The notes beneath the pieces were generated by a model that saw only the letters and a list, made by a program, of their open reading frames with translations, did not search any database and had not been told where the DNA came from. Below are positions 1 to 15,249 of a stretch of DNA of 64,000 nucleotides, in pieces. Source of the DNA: Monocercomonoides exilis PA203 (Eukaryota > Protista > Preaxostyla); the NCBI GenBank assembly GCA_001643675.2, contig LSRY02000044.1, positions 558,001-622,000 on the forward strand, in the 5' to 3' direction. Positions within the stretch are counted from its first letter, which is position 1; each line of letters opens with the position of its first letter. The translations under genes were made by a program, and so were the position numbers.

Positions 1-3000
1 GAAGATGCTTAGACAATCCACTGACGATGCGACGAGATAACTTCACTTGCAAAAACTGTTTTTTCTGCTGCATTTTTCTGTATCTCTTTTCTTCAGCTGT
101 TTCATTCTGCAGCAATAACTTTTCTTGCTCTTCTTCGAACTTCAAATATTCTTTGTCTCCTTTCTCTTTCTTTGATTTAACCTTCATCATTCGCTCACTC
201 TCCTTCTGCTCAGCATACTCAATGCCACTCACCACGTGGAAGTGCCACGCATCCAGCCATCCAGAGATGATCTTCAGGAGAATCCGTTCGCTTCTTGGCT
301 GCCTCTTCACAAGAATCAAAAAGCGTGACAGAAGAGATGAATAACTCTGCCACGAAATTGTGTAGGCGATTGCTTTTAATGTCAGTTGTGCTTGGAATGA
401 TACTTTTTCGTATGTGAATGAATCGCTCAGTTCGATGGCTTGGTGGATGAAAAGTGGAAGGAAATACGAAATGAGATGATTCTCAGAAAATGGAATTAGT
501 TGATACGTTTTGTCTGCTGGACTTGCTTTGACAATTGATATATCTGCTTGCAAAGGAGCAACGTTAGCAGATGCTCCTGTCGAATTATCAGATTCAATAT
601 CCATCTTGTTTTGATCAGAAGAAGAGGCTTTCTCATTAGAATTCCTTTTCTGTTGGGCTTTTGCCAACATTGCTTCCGTTTTCTTCTTTGCTTCAAGTTC
701 GATTCTTTTCTTCTCATCTTCACATCTTTTCAATGCTTCTCTGAACAGAATGTGCGCTCTTATCTGTTTCGTTGGATGCGATTGAGACATATTTGAGAAG
801 AAGTCTTCATCACGTGTGGTTCTGCAATGTGCAAAGAGTGAAATTTGATTTGGCTTTGAAGAACTTTTAATCGCTTTTATCTCCTGTTGTATTTGTTCTT
901 GCGGTCTGTAAATAAGCTGCTGCAAGTCAGGGAAGAGACGAGGCATATATCGCACAAAGAGAGAGAAGAGAGAAAGAGCATCTCTTTGAACAGACTCATT
1001 TTCAGACACAATTAGCTGCTTGACTTCGGGAATAAGCACAACACGAAGCATCTTCGACAGAACATCTGTGGATATTACTGCTTTCGTAAGCGAAACAGCT
1101 GCAGGCTCAACACGCTTTGAAGTTAGTTGAATAGAAACTGATGGAGCAGACGTCTCGTTTTCTGTCTGTTTTAAAGGATGTTCCAGTAACTCTGAAGCGA
1201 CAATCGAGCTTTTGAGTGCAGAACAAGCAGACGAGCGAAGAGTGACGATTGAACAGCGCATGTCAACACACAATTGGCTTAAGAGGATCATCCACACTCC
1301 CCTCAAATGTGGATGTGCAATGAGATATGGAGTTGTTGGAGGTATGCTCGATTTTTGAGGAGATGAGATTGAGCCACTCATTTTTTGAGATTCAATCTTT
1401 CGAAGCTTCTTGGCTGAAGAGGTGGATGAATTTGCTTGCTGCTTCATAATTTGACTTTCTGCAACATCTTCCTCCATCCTGTTCTCATCCGATTTTTCAT
1501 CACCAAGTGTCTTAACATTCTTTTCATCGATACTGTTTTGTTCTCCTTCCTCTGCTAACTGTTCCAACACTCCACCAGCTTGTTCGAAAAACTGTGCAGC
1601 CTCCCGATGGGCAGCCACTCTTCTGTCAACATCTGGTTCATTTGCAACAACACGCGAATCGACAGAGTTCATCTCCTGAATCATCTTTGCGACCCATTTG
1701 ATCGCATTCACTTCATCACTTGTCAACATAAACTTTATAGAAGTATGATAACTCCTTTCTTTTTGTGATGCTCCATAATTCTGTTGACTCAATTTTTCTT
1801 GTTCGGATTCTTTGAAGTGGTTGTCAACTAATACGGATACAGTTTCTATTGTTGCACACAGCTGCTGTCGAGTTGAGAGGCACAGAGGAGGAACAATGGA
1901 TGGATTCGAAGATGTTCTGAGTGAATAATGTTGGATAAGCGATCGGACGAATGGAAGTCTGGCATCACCAATGTCTTCTGCATCATCCATGAAATCCTGC
2001 TCTTCTTCGCTTGCTTCATCATCATCAGTGAGCTCATCATCATCATCTTCCTCATCTTCTCCATCACTCAGACCAGCAGCCCTTCGCTTCTTCTTTTCAT
2101 TCTCCTTCTTCTTCTTCAGTGCAGCAAGATGTGCCTTCTTCTCTTTCTTACTCTTCAGCTTTCCTGCTGATCCTCCTTTCACTCTCGACATCTCAATCTT
2201 TTTCTGATCTGTTTCACCAAACAATGGAGGAACAACAAGCAGAAGCTGGGCAAGACGGCGAGTGTGAGATTTCAGAAGAACTGAAATAGGAACAGAAGCA
2301 ACGCAACACCCATATGCTAGAAGGAGAGTGTGGTGCTGGGAAAGAGGAGAGAAAGGAAGGAGCGACAAAGACAGACTCGCCAGTTGAGAGCGGATGGAGG
2401 TTAAGTCAGTGGAGCTCAGAACGAATGGAAGAAGAGAACAAGGAAATGGAACAGAACGTATCATTGTTGTAGGCTGTACGTCGCTTTCAGCGACAGATGA
2501 AATATTCTGTTTAACAAGAGAAGTGCCAGCATCAGCCATTGGAGCAACAACAGCAAGAAGAGAGAGGACACGATTGGCGAGTGGAGTGAACTTCACTTTC
2601 CTTTTTGATTTGAGATCGAAAGAGAACGAAGAAGAAGATGAAGAAGAAGCTGTTGAGAAGAATGTGTCTGGATTAGCAGACACATCAATCTGGAGAAGAC
2701 GGCAGATCAACAGCTGAAGCGAGGAAAGAAGCATCGAAAGAGACGAATGGAGAGATGGAACAATCAACTGCCCATTAATGAGCCTCAGCATGTTGCTAGT
2801 CAAAACACCAGTTTTTCTGACTGATCCGCTTTTGGTTTGAGAAGAAATTTCTGTGGCATTTTGATTTTCTTTTGAGTTATCGTTGAAGTTCGACGAAACA
2901 GATGATGAAGATGCTGTCAAAGCAGGTGTGGCAAGCTCAAAGACAGACTCAACGAAAGAAAGAACTGTTTCAATAGATTTAATCTGTTGGGCACTTAATG

Positions 3001-6000
3001 GAATGCGGCTTGCAGATGATGCAGTTGAAGAAGAATACGAACGAGGTGGCTGAACATAATTTGGTTTGGATGCTGTTTTTGATGATTTCTTTGGAATTGA
3101 TAGAGAAGTTTGTGAAGGTGATGAAGACAAAGTTATGTTTGATGCTATTGTTGAAGTCTCAGTTTGCTCAGCGTTCTTTGATTCCTCATTCTCTTCAATG
3201 AGGTTTTCTGGCTCTTCGACAATTGAAGCAATATCTTCTTGATCCCCTTCAACAGGTCCTTCAACCAATTCATCGCCTTCTTCTTCATTTTCATCTTTAT
3301 TTTGTTCATCTATTGCTTCTTTTTCTTCGATTTCCAAGACGTCTTTTTCTTCTTCATCTTCAACTTCTATTCCGCTTTTATCGGAATCCATCTTATTCTC
3401 TTCATCTTCTTTATCCTTTATGTCCATTTCCTTTTCTTTTATGCCTTTCTCCTTTGCCTTATTTGCGACAGCTGCTTCTTTAATGATATCTTCTATCTTT
3501 CTTCCATTTCCTCCTCCAATGAATGCAGTCAGCATGGAAACAGCAGAAGGCATCAGAGGAGCAAAGAAGGGGGTGTCCAATGCAACAAGAGTAGAAGATA
3601 AAACAGGCGAAGCAGAAAGAGTGGAGATGAGGGTGATGATTGATGGCGGAAGAGGGTTGACAAGAAGAGAAGGAAGCTCAGAATGTCTGAGTGTTGACAT
3701 CGAATATGAAGACAAGGAAGATGCCATCATATCATCTTGTGACACTTTCATAGGAGCAAGATATCCTGCTTGAAGCGAAGCAAATATGCAATGATATGCA
3801 AACACACTCTCAGGTGCATAATCCTTCACCAACAAACTGCTTTCAGATGTTGTTGCATTAGTGCTGCTATTCTTTGTCTCTTTTGATGGAGCCACGGCAA
3901 ATGGGAAGCATTGAGTGAAGCCAGACAGCAACGTGTTGATGAGTTTGATGCTCAGCTGCCTCAGCTCATTCCACTTCACTTTCTCTTTGCTGTACATTGA
4001 AAGCAACCGCTTGCGCTTTTTGTCTCGCTTCATCGATGCAATTGCTTCTGAATCAGACACTTCATCATCATCTTCCTCTTCTTCTATTTCCTCCTCTTCT
4101 TCCTCTTCTTCGTCTTCATCATCTTCTTTTTCTTTCTCGCTTTCATCGTCTTCTTCCTTTTCTTCATCCTTCTCCTCTTCCTCTTTCACAGATTCGTTTT
4201 CTTCCTTCATTCGTTCCAACTCCATTTCAAACATTTGCTCTTCTTCTTCTTTTCCTTCTCTTTTAATCTCGCTGTTGATTCGTTTAATGCGCTCATCACA
4301 CGAGACAGCACGGCCAGTGGACATGAACAGCATCAATGCAGCGACAGAAGAGAGAAGTGGAATGAATGGATGCAGAAGAGAGGACATCGATGTCAAGAGT
4401 GCCTCAAAAGTATTCAGAATTCCTAAGCAAAGCTTTGTGGCTGAGCTTGTTATGAGCGTTGAATTGAACACATTGATGATTGTTGACAGATACTGAAACG
4501 CAGAAGTTGAATCAAAAATTGCATTTGCAGCAGCTTCTGATGTTGCGGTGTTGGATGAATTTGATGCATCAGATAACAATTCTGGCTGTGTATTCTGAGG
4601 ATATCGATGCTTTGAATATATTTCTGGTGTGGGCACATAAGTTGGATGCAGAACAGACAGAAACAGCTGCTGTCTCTGTTGGTAGAGTTCATATTGAGAC
4701 AGCCCACTTTCTGATTTGTGTGAAGGAAGGCAGAAACCAGACTGCTGATTGAATGAGAGAGAAGATGGAACAGAAGGATCCAAAGAGGAAGAGGAAGAGG
4801 AAGAGAAGAATACAATCCTCTGCAGAAGACGAGTGAACATGTCTTCTTCTGTTATCAGCTTCAGATTTATTCCACTCTTCTGCTTCTTTTTCTTCTTCCC
4901 TTGCTTTCCGTCTTCTCCTTCATCTTCTTCCTCCTCATTCTGTTCATTCCCCTGCTGTGCTTGCATGAGCTCCTTCACTGCCTTCTCATTCGCTGCCAGC
5001 AGAAGAGGCTGCAGCGGGTTCAGCATCAGCGCCATCGACGTCAGAAGCTCAAAAGGCGACTCCAACGTCGACAGAAACGTGAACACGGCTGCTCTCCTCG
5101 TTTGCATCCATCCTTTCCCTTTGCTTTTGTGCTGCCTCACAAACTTCCTTCTGAATGCTGCCCCAAACAAGACACGAGAAATAACTCCAATCAATAGCTG
5201 TCTTTCGTTCGATGGTTGAAGAGTTGGCATTTTAGATATTGTTTCTTTGACTTTCCGAGCAGAAGCATCAGATCTTTTTGTGATTGCTGTTTCTTTGCCT
5301 TCTTCTCCTTCTCCTTCTCCTTCCTCCTCCTCTCTTTCCTCTTCTTCCTCATCCATTTGTCCCTTTCCGCTGATAGAAAGAGTAGTCAATGCATTTCTGA
5401 ACAGTCTGTCATCAGTCAGATTCAACAGCTTCTCCTTCTGTGCAATCAGAGCAGGGCTGTTGAAGAGGAATATGCACTCCAAACACAACTTCTGCACATC
5501 TGCATCAGAAGAAGGCAGCAGACGCTGCAAGATCAGCCACAAAAGCCTCGAATGTGTTGCCAGAAGTGGATGATGCAGCGCTCGGAATGAAGAAAGCAGC
5601 TTGAGAAATGAGAGAAGAACGGTATTGGCCAGTTTTGGAGGCACAGAACGCACATGCAAAGCAGGCGGCGAGCGAGATTTATTCTTCGGACGAGAAAGAG
5701 TCAGAGCAGTTGAAGCATCAAAGCTTGCCATTTGAATGCTCTGTTCTTTTCTTTCAGAAGTTGTATCAATTCCCTCTTTGTCTTTGATCTTTTCTGTGTC
5801 TTGTTGGATTTCTTCAATCACAGGAGCTCCGATTGCCTTTCTGTTAGATTGCTTCTTCTGCCTCTGCAGCTCTCTCAACACAGCCAGTGCAGAGGGAGAC
5901 AAAGCAGAGCTGTCGAAGCTCATAGCTGTTCTGTTTGAAGATGAAGTGAATGAATGATAGGCAGACACGCACTGCAGAAACAGACAGAACCACTCAATCA

Positions 6001-9000
6001 CCCAACAGCCATACCATTCCACACAACCAGCAGACATCGTGCCAGAAATCATGGGCTGAGACACAAAGAGAGAGGAAGAGAAAGAAGAGAAGGTGATCGG
6101 CGCTCTCTTCGAAGACAGGACTGATGGATGGATGCGGATAGAGCGATGCAAACGAAGAGCAATATATGAAGATGGAATAAGATAAAAAGAAGAAGAAGAT
6201 GATGACAATGGAGAAGTTGAAGAAGATAACAATCTTCCCAGTAGTATGGAAAACAGATTCAGTGTATCAATACGAGAAATAGGAGCAACTTCCTTTGACT
6301 GCAGCTGTCTTCCAGCAGTGTCTTGTGTCTCCTTCAAGTCATTCGTGACGATCACTCTGTTCACCTCAGTCAGTGCAATCATCGCCTGCTCTATTCTGAG
6401 TGGAACACTCGTCACTCTGTCATCCATCACCCACGACGAATACGAATAAGTTGCTGTAAACAGGGGAGACAGACTCCACAGCATCTGCACAGCTATCCTC
6501 TCTCCTTCTCTCTGCTGCTGCAGACGTGTCTCCCGCTCCATCGCCTTCTCCTTCAGATACTCTGCCTTCGTCTTCTTCACTCGCCCTATCTCTTTTTCAG
6601 GAACAAGCCCATATTTCTTCATGATCCACAGCTTCCTCCTCTCTTTTGCCTGCTCTATTCGTCTTCTCTTCGCTATCTTCTGTGCACGCAGTCTTTTTGC
6701 TCTTTCTTTGTCTTCATCTGGTGCCAGACCCATCCACTGCCTCCAACTTCTTGCATTCTCTTTCCTCTTCTTGCTCTCTTCATCATCTTCATCTTCATCA
6801 TCTTCCTCTTCTTCCTCATCCTCGTTGTAGTTATCCTCCTCATCTTCATAGTCATTCTCTCCATCCACATCGAGAACAGGCAGATATCTTGTGATTGGCT
6901 GTATCTGCGGTCTGAACAGCGCATAGAACGAGGCTTCTGCAAACAGAGCAAGCACTCTGAAGCCCAAAGAAGGCGGTGCATTTGGTGGAGTGAACAGAAT
7001 GAGTGAAATGGGAGCATTTTCATCCAAAGGAGATTGAGATTGCGGCTTCTTCACACGAGACAGAAGCTCCTCTGCTGTTTGCTTGGACTGTTGGACTGTC
7101 TTCTGCCCAATAAGATAGAGTGAATGATCTTTAAATGAATCATTTGCCAGACTGAAAGGAATCAGCTTAAATGAACTGGATGAATTGATAGAAAGAACAA
7201 TTGACTTAATTTCTTTATCTTCTGATGCATTTCCATCAATTCTATCTTCATTCTCAGATATTTCACTCGAACTGTCTTCATCGCTGTCACCTTCATCATC
7301 TTTCCCAACAAAACTGTCTTGCAATGCCTTCATCATTATCATGAACTGCCTTTCGCAAATTGCTTCTCTTTCTATCAGAACAGACCGTCTGATCCAACCA
7401 GCACCTCTCAGAGGCATCGCCGAAAGCAGAGCATCACTCACATCTCTCTCAGGCACATCAGCCAAGACAACATTCTGTTCCATCACAGTTCTGATTGAAG
7501 AGCCAGATTTCTGCTGAATTGAAGGAGCAATCACAGAAATAGCAGCATTTGCAGCGGCTGTCTGAGTGCTGCTCCATTCTCTCCGCAGCCTCTCTTCTGC
7601 TGCCACGATTGTCTGCAGCAGAGTAATTGCTGGCTTCCACACAGTCTGCATTGGAAGAGACAGGAGAGCTGTGCAGAATGCAGAGATCACAGCAGAATAG
7701 CCTGAAGTGAAGAGCGTTGGATGGCAAGCAGAGGAAGAGGAAGATGTGCGAGAGGGAATCTTCTTCAGTATCGAGTTGAGTGACTGCATGATTGAGTGAT
7801 GAGAGAAATGGCACTCGTCCTTTGTTGTTCCAAGAGAATTGACAATTTCCTCTCCTGTTTTCTTCTTTTGTTCAGCACTTTGACTTTTCTTCTGCTTCAA
7901 TTGCCCATTCTCATATGTCTCATTCATGTCGATGACATCCTCACACACTTGCAATGGCACCATCAGTGCTTCTATTTTGGATGCAACAGACAGAAGCAGC
8001 TGCTGTATTCTCTGAGAGGCATCATATGCATTGGACACATCCTCCATCACTCTGTGGATGGGTGCTTGGATCAGGGCAGATGAGAGAACAAGAGACTCCA
8101 TTGAAGAAGAAGAAGAAGATGTCGATGAAGGAGGTGGCAAAGAAGAAGAATTTGTTGTTGAAGATGAAGTAGTAGAAGAAGAAGATGATGATGATGAAGA
8201 TGATGAAGTGTCTGATGGAGTGAAGTGGAAGAGGGAGTGTGGAAGTGGCAGTGGAATTGTGTGATATGTGTAGTTGTATCGAGAGGGAGACCATTTCGCC
8301 TGGTTAACCAAACCACGTGGTTGAATCACAACTACAGTTGACTCTGCTCTTCTGCTAAATTCATCTTCTTCCTCTTCCTCTTCCTCCTCTTCTCCAGCAT
8401 CTTCTTCATTTTCCTCTTCTTCTTCTTCTTTGTTCTCAACCCCTTCTTCCTCACTCTGCTCCATTTTGTTTTCATCCTCGTCTTTCTTCGTCGAACTGTC
8501 ATTTTCCGTCTTCTTCTTCTTCTTCTTCTTCTTCTCATTTCTCTGTCTTCTCAATCTTGCTCTCCTCTGAATGGCTCTTCTGTCTCTCACTCTTTCTCTC
8601 TGTGTCTTCTCTCTCTCTTCCAGCAGAGGCAGTCCTTTCTCCCTCAAATCTGCATAGTCGCCAGTTGTGTGGAGGATAATCTCGCTCATCAGAGATACCT
8701 CCAGCAGATCATGAAGAACAGAACAGCAGGCAGAGGATGAGTAGGAGGAGGAGGAGGAGGAAACCTTAGATAAAGAAGAAGAAGAGGAGGAGGAAGTGAT
8801 TGAAAGAGCAGCATTCATCGCAGCCTCTTCCACTTTCTTCTTCTCCTTCAGCTTCATCCTTTTTCGCCATCGTTGGAGTCGCTTTTTCCGCTGTTCAGGT
8901 GCTTCACCTGGTATTTCTTTGAATGTTCCACTTTCTTCTTTAGTTTCTTTCCCTTCCTCTTCTTCTTTGATATCTTCTTTCTCTTCTTTCATTTCAGTCA

Positions 9001-11350
9001 AGATCTTCTTTCCATCTTCTGATGATTGAATATCCATTGTTCCATCTTTTCCCTCTATTTTGTCTGTATCAGAAGCAGTCTGCTCTCTGAAGAGCATGTC
9101 GAGTGAAGGCAGAGGAGCAAACAGACAGAGCAGTCTCAGTGCAGCTGAACGGGCGAGTGTGTCTTCGGAAGAGATGAGCGGAGTGAGCATTGTGAGAATG
9201 CCAATGGAAGGAGTGCTGGGGATGAATGGCAATGAGGATGAGATGGAAGAGGAGGAGGAGGAGGAGGAGGAAGAGGAAGAGGAAGAAGAAGAAGACTGAG
9301 TCGTAGAATTGAGTGTGGAGCGTGTAATCAACTCTGATGTGCTATTGGAAGGGAAAGGAACGGGAACTGCATCCAAAAGAGCAGAAGTGGAGAAAAAGGA
9401 AAAGAGAAGATGAAGCACATCAGCAGAAACAAGGCGATGTCTGTTTTGCTTGGCGAAAGTTTTCATTTCTGTGAGTGTTGAGCAGAATGGTTGATTTTGA
9501 ATAATCATATATGTATTTGACAGAAACATAGAAATTGCATGTCAGAAAATTCGGAAATTCAAAATAATTTCATTACGAAAAAAAAGTAAAAATAAAAAAA
9601 TAAAATAAAAAAATAAATGAAAACGTTCAAATATTAACAACATTAGTTATAAAAGCATAATTCCAAGAAAATGAAATAAATTTACAATTTGACATTCTTT
9701 CAACAATTTCAAACAAATCAATGTTCATTTTCAGTTATTCAAATAAAAGTATACATTTCAAACAGAGTCATACCATCATTCCCCTTCATCTGATCCAAAG
9801 ACGAGGCAGAAGTGAAGAGCGGGTCGCAGCAGAAGCGGTAGACATCGCGAAGGACAGAATATGTCTCAGCTGCCCAGCCGACGACAGTTGTGTTGGAAGG
9901 ACACAAACACAGCAGTGAATGCATCCTCCGCAGCACATCAGCAACCGAACGGGACAAGTCAGAAAAGGAAGGAAGAAGTGAATACAGAGAATAGTTAAGT
10001 GCATTTTGTGAGGATGATGATGATGATGATGATGATGAATTCACAGAGGAAGATCTCCAACGTGTGATTAGTGTTGGTGGAAGAAAAGAGAGGCAAACAA
10101 GCAACGAAAGCAGAAGGCTGGCTGATGTGTACAGCGATTGGCAGTACAATCCGATAAACAGAGGATGAACGTCAAATGGAGAAGACTCATAAAAGCTATA
10201 TTGCTCTTTTGAGGCAGCTCCGGCAGAATTCCCCTGACTGCCAATGCTTTTGCCTTTCTCTGCTGCAATTTGAGAAGCGAAATGAAACATGAACGAGTGG
10301 CAGAGCTGAGTGAATTGCAGAGATGCATTGGCAAAGTCTGTGCACAGGCGAATCACACTCATAATCTCTATTTCTGCTTGTGTGAAGAGCGTCTCCTTTC
10401 CATTCTGTTCTTCTGCTTGTCTTGCAGCAAATACTCGTTCAGCCAATCTGAATTTTTGATCATTCTCTTCTCTATCATTTTCATCATTAACTTCATTGGA
10501 GTCTGCCGTTGAGAGAAATTCCATTGAAGGGTCAATAATCCGATCCCGTTCTGTTGCATCAATAGAACCAAAAATGCTGCTCAGCAAATAAAATGCTCCA
10601 CTTGTACAGATTGAAGAATATCCGCTTGTTTCTGTTTTATCGCTTTTCCATGATTCTCCTCCATTTTTATCATCATCAAATTGCACAGTTTGCGATTCCT
10701 TAATGGATTCCAACGCTAAAATAGGCGTAAAGCTTCGCTGCAAAATTGTATGCGCTTGTATTGGAAGCAACGAAAACGAAGGAAATGGCTGAAATCGCAC
10801 ATCGCTTGAAAACATCATGTGAAATCCGAAAGATGATATCAGCGATTCAAATAACTTATTTACAGAAGTTGTAGCAAAACCAAATATCGCTATAATTTTA
10901 TCATTTGAAGCAAATGTTGTAATACTACCGAGATCTGTAAATTTTGAAAGATCTCCAAAAGTCATGAACGATTTGATCGAAAAAACCAGTTCTGATGGGT
11001 GCAATTCTAACTTCTTATTACCTTCTTGAATAGTTCCATTCTTTTTTGTCAATGCCATATGAAGAATATTTCGTAACGAAAACAACGAACTTCCCAAAAG
11101 AGTGTTCCTTTTGTTCAAAGCATTGAAAAATGTTGATATAGAATTTGACACAGCCAATACGGAACCATCCTCCATTGCATTATATAAATCTTAGAAAAAA
11201 TTAAAAACATTTGCGAAACAGTTTGCAATAGTAAAAGTGAAAAAATAAAATATTTAAGATTTTTCAATTCATACTTTTAATGTCATCTTGGAATGTATCC
11301 CAAAGCAGCGAATCATCTTTAAAGAATAAAGAATCAGGAACATTGTTGAT
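1..11350 (-). CDS. Giant hypothetical protein (>3,650 aa, Ser/Glu-rich, probably helical repeats); partial at both ends
   Basis: Exons 11350-11275, 11189-9774 and 9468-<1 join in frame through GTATGA...AG introns (11274-11190, 9773-9469), reading ...DDIK/NLYNAMEDGS... and ...KGND/EMKTFAK.... The frame entered at 9468 matches the open frame at position 1 (KLSRRIVSGLSKHL). The ORF track lists no stop-terminated ORF in that frame, consistent with a 9.4-kb exon running off the window. Start codon not resolved. Confidence 0.8.
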
Positions 11351-13439
11351 CTTTTAATTTGAAAAATTTAAAGTATTTGGGGAAGCAATATTTGAACATT
11401 TATACAAAGAAACTTAACGGAAAATTATATCCTAAAATAATTCAAACAATTCTATGTATCATATCCTTGCTATCATTATTACCCTGTTGACGAATTTTTG
11501 TTTGCTGCTTATTCAAAGTTTTTGAATGTTTATACATAAATGCTTAACCATACTTTTGTTTAAGCAATTTTTATTCGTTCATCAATTTTTGAAATAAAGT
11601 TGCAAATAACACACAAATTTTTATTAAGTTGAAATAGTCCTCAATCTGATTTAAATGAACCAAAGTTTGTTCTTTATATGAATTATGAAAATATTTTCTA
11701 TTATTTAAAGTTCATCTTGCAGAAAAAAAAAAGAATGAAATTTACGTGCTTCTTAAGTGTTCATAATTATATATTTCATTCTTAACATTTTAGTATTCAT
11801 TGTTTTGCCTGTATCATTGAGGAATGGTAGTTTTCAATGAATTTTTATTTCTCATTCTAAATGAAAATCAAAAAACATTATCAATATATTAGATGAATTG
11901 CACAATTTTTGTGTAATTGTGAAATTTTCGAAAAATTTTGAAATTCGTATATGTTATTTTGAAATAATCAAGAAATTTTGAAATTTTTCAGAAAAATTGA
12001 AAATAAGGCAGTGATTTTAAGTTCCACACACAAATTTCAAGTTAAAAAAAAATTGGAGGAAGATCTTCATTTTTTGCATAAAAATTGTGATTTGCAAAAA
12101 ATTATTGGAAATTTGTTGAAAATATACTCATTTATTGTCTACGCACTTTTCATAACGTTCACCAATCAATAATGTGAAACAAATCGTTAATAATAATTTT
12201 ATTCCAACCTCAAAAATTAAAATTTATTAAATATTATATCACAAGTTTTTTGTGATTGTTGATATATTTTTGTGACAACAAATGATTGTCAATATTTAAA
12301 ACATCAAATATTTCAATGGAAAAAAATAATTTGAAAATGTTTTGTGATTTTCATTGACTGTAAAACGATGAACGCAATCATTGAAAACAATCATTAATAA
12401 ATCGAAGCAGTTCCTTTAATGAAACAAATGACATTCAATGCCTTTTAATGTTTGAAAAATTGACAAAAACAGATGATTGAGAGGAATAAATCTGCATTGT
12501 TGTCCGATTCATAAAGTTGGTTTCCATTTAACCACAACAAATTTGAGCCGAAAATGAACAGAACAATTCATAGAAATGATTTTCCACTGGAAAAAAAGAA
12601 AAGAAGCAAATATTCACAAACGATTAACTGTTTTTTTGTTTCTTTTTGAATAAATGACTTTCTTCTACTGTTATATCTCTTCACGTGGCAATCAAATCAC
12701 TATTGGTGGATCGTACGGTCGCTTGAATAATCTGAGCTAAATGTGAAAATTTGTTCAAAGTCTTATTAGACAAAATGTTGATTAAAAAGGAAATACAACA
12801 AATTTTTGAATCGTTCTATCAGTAATTAGACGCAAGATATAGGGTTTTGAGCTTTTCGCAGACTGAAAAAAAACAATTCGTTGTTTTGTTTAACAATATT
12901 ATCCATGGAGAACGAGCATTTAAACCTTTTGCCTTATGATTTTATTGACATCAACTTTATCCATCACGGCTCGAATCCTTCAAAAAACATCCAGAAATAA
13001 TTTGAAATTACATATTTTGCATTTAGAAAAGATTCTGAAATAACTTTCATATCTTTTTTTGTTCATGCTGAATGCATATCAGCCTTGCCATTCCGAAGGC
13101 AATGAAGCGAAGATTAGAAAGTGACATGGGTGTTTGATCTGTGCATTCCGTTGTTTCCATGTGCACTGCGGAAACTGTGGGGGGTATGTTGCAGCGCTCT
13201 CTGCGACACTTTCAGTTTCGCTGGTGAAACTGCATCTTTCACTTGTAGTGTTGGTGGGTTCGTTGTAAAGGAGAAAGAAAATCTTTATATCGAACGGCGT
13301 GAACGCGTTCCATTTGATCTGCATTCTGTTCAATCCTTCTTAGTTACAACCTTCCACAGCGCAACTGGTGTTCCGATCTGCGCAGTCGAGGAGTGTGACT
13401 GTGAAGACGGACGACGAAGTGATAAGATGAGGAGTTGTA

Positions 13440-14240
13440 GAGAATGAGGTGTGGAAGATTGAGGAGATAGTGGTGAAACTGGCAAGGAAGATTCTGGGCC
13501 TGAGCGATAAGAACAACGCAGAGGAGAAGGAGCTGATGGAGCAGCTTGTGGAGATGGAGAAGAAGATAGAGCTTAGCAAGGAGGAGTTGTGAGTGTGGTT
13601 AGCAAACAGATACTAATGGTTTGGCGATGCATGGTGCCATGCTTTTTTCACTGGCCTCTGCAGAGTGTGGGATGGTTCAATCTTTAGCATTGTTGATTCT
13701 GCAGTTGGGGCTGTGTGAAAAGTACCAGGAGAAGATTGTAGTAATTATTAAATATGGAAGTGCTGTTGTCCTTGTGGAATACATAAGCGGAAAAGGAGTT
13801 GTTGTGAAGTTGGGCGTTGGGTGAGTTTCTATGGAGAAGTTAACTGATGAGGAGGAGAAGATGAAAGGATGGGATCAAAATCTTGGATCAGCGAAAGATC
13901 GGAGAAGAGCGAAGCTGTGGTTAATGGTGGAAGCATTGATGATACTGGTGGTAGTTGTGAAGGAGGAGTGAATGCAACGTTGCGGCAGAAGATAAACAAG
14001 ATGGAGAAGGAAATGAAGATGCTGATGGAGCTGTCGAAAGTGCAGGAGCAGACGATAATTGAACAGAAGGCGCAATTCAAGAATTTGATTGAGAAGCAAC
14101 AGGCAGCACTTGCGCAAAAGAAGAATGTACAGAATAAAATGAAGGTGTTATATGAAGAAATTATGGGGAGGCAGGTTAAGCAGGTGAAGGAGCAGGAGGA
14201 GCTTGTGTTGCGGGGAAACTTTGACATGGAAAGTGTTTGA
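13440..14240 (+). pseudogene. Fragmented coiled-coil protein coding sequence
   Basis: Purine-rich coding-like pieces EVWKIEEIVVKLARK...SKEEL* and the 123-aa ORF 13869-14240 (LRQKINKMEKEMK...), with no convincing splice model. Confidence 0.3.
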
Positions 14241-14474
14241 GTGGCAGAGAAGAAAGGGGCGAGAGAGTGTCACAGTACGAATAGGAGATGGATGAACAGA
14301 AGAGGAGGCGATGAAAACGAAGAAGAAGAAGAAGAAGGAGAAGGAGAAGAGAACGAAGAAGATGTTGATGATGAAGTCCAATTATTTTCTTCCTCTATTT
14401 CATTCAAAACAACAAGCAGAACTGTTTCTGCTCCATTTCTCAGCAAATAATCCGCAGAAAGAATGTTCTTACGA

Positions 14475-14510
14475 GAAGAAGAAGAAGAAGAAGAAGAAGA
14501 AGAAGAAGAA

Positions 14511-14543
<33 letters not shown>
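14475..14543 (+). repeat. Compound microsatellite (GAA)12(GAT)11
   Basis: Read directly from the sequence. Confidence 0.9.
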
Positions 14544-14544
<1 letters not shown>

Positions 14545-15249
14545 GTTGTTTGAAAATTGGTTTTCTGTCAGATTGACAGGAATTTGATTTATCATTCAAT
14601 TTTCACAAAAAGAGATCAGGAGAAGAGATGGTATCATTAGTCATGGAACTGAAAGGGAAGAAAAGACAAATGCTAGAGAAAACAGACCCAGATGATGTGA
14701 AATTATAAAAATGGCAGTTATCCGAAGTAATTCAATCTGCAACGAATCGCACATAATTGGCGTTTAACTGGAGAACATGAGTAGATGATAATGGAGCTGT
14801 AGCTAATGGAACTTTCATGGAGTGTTCACAGAAAACTGTAGACTTAGTGAGAAAAGAGTTGTGCAGCCTCCTGCTCCAACATTATAAGTTCCATTCTCCT
14901 CAAATATTCGTGAGTCATTAAAATTCTCTTCTTCTAAGCAATGCACAAGAGCAAGTTCCTGTTAAGACTTAAATATGAGAAACATTATCTGCTTCAATTT
15001 TTGTTTGGACAGTCTCGCTCACATTTCTTTGTCCATATTTCACATAAATATTGTCATCGAAGTCTTCACTTCTTATTTCTGTCATTTTTTTGCAAATATC
15101 TGGACTTCATTTGCACAACCTGGATTAAGTTGAGTAAAACAATGGCTGATAGAATAACACGGATTGCTTTCATTGATCTGACATGAAAAAGCACCTTTGG
15201 AATTTGGTTGAGCAGCAGTTGAAAAAACAAATCTGATTCGTCCGCCAAC

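Noticed and set aside
27-9299. Dozens of short ORFs, mostly on the plus strand
   Set aside because: They are antisense or off-frame shadows of the giant minus-strand exon.
13140-13200. HTPHSFRSA on the minus strand resembling a recombinase HxxR box
   Set aside because: It is an isolated motif in a stop-interrupted frame with no other recombinase features.
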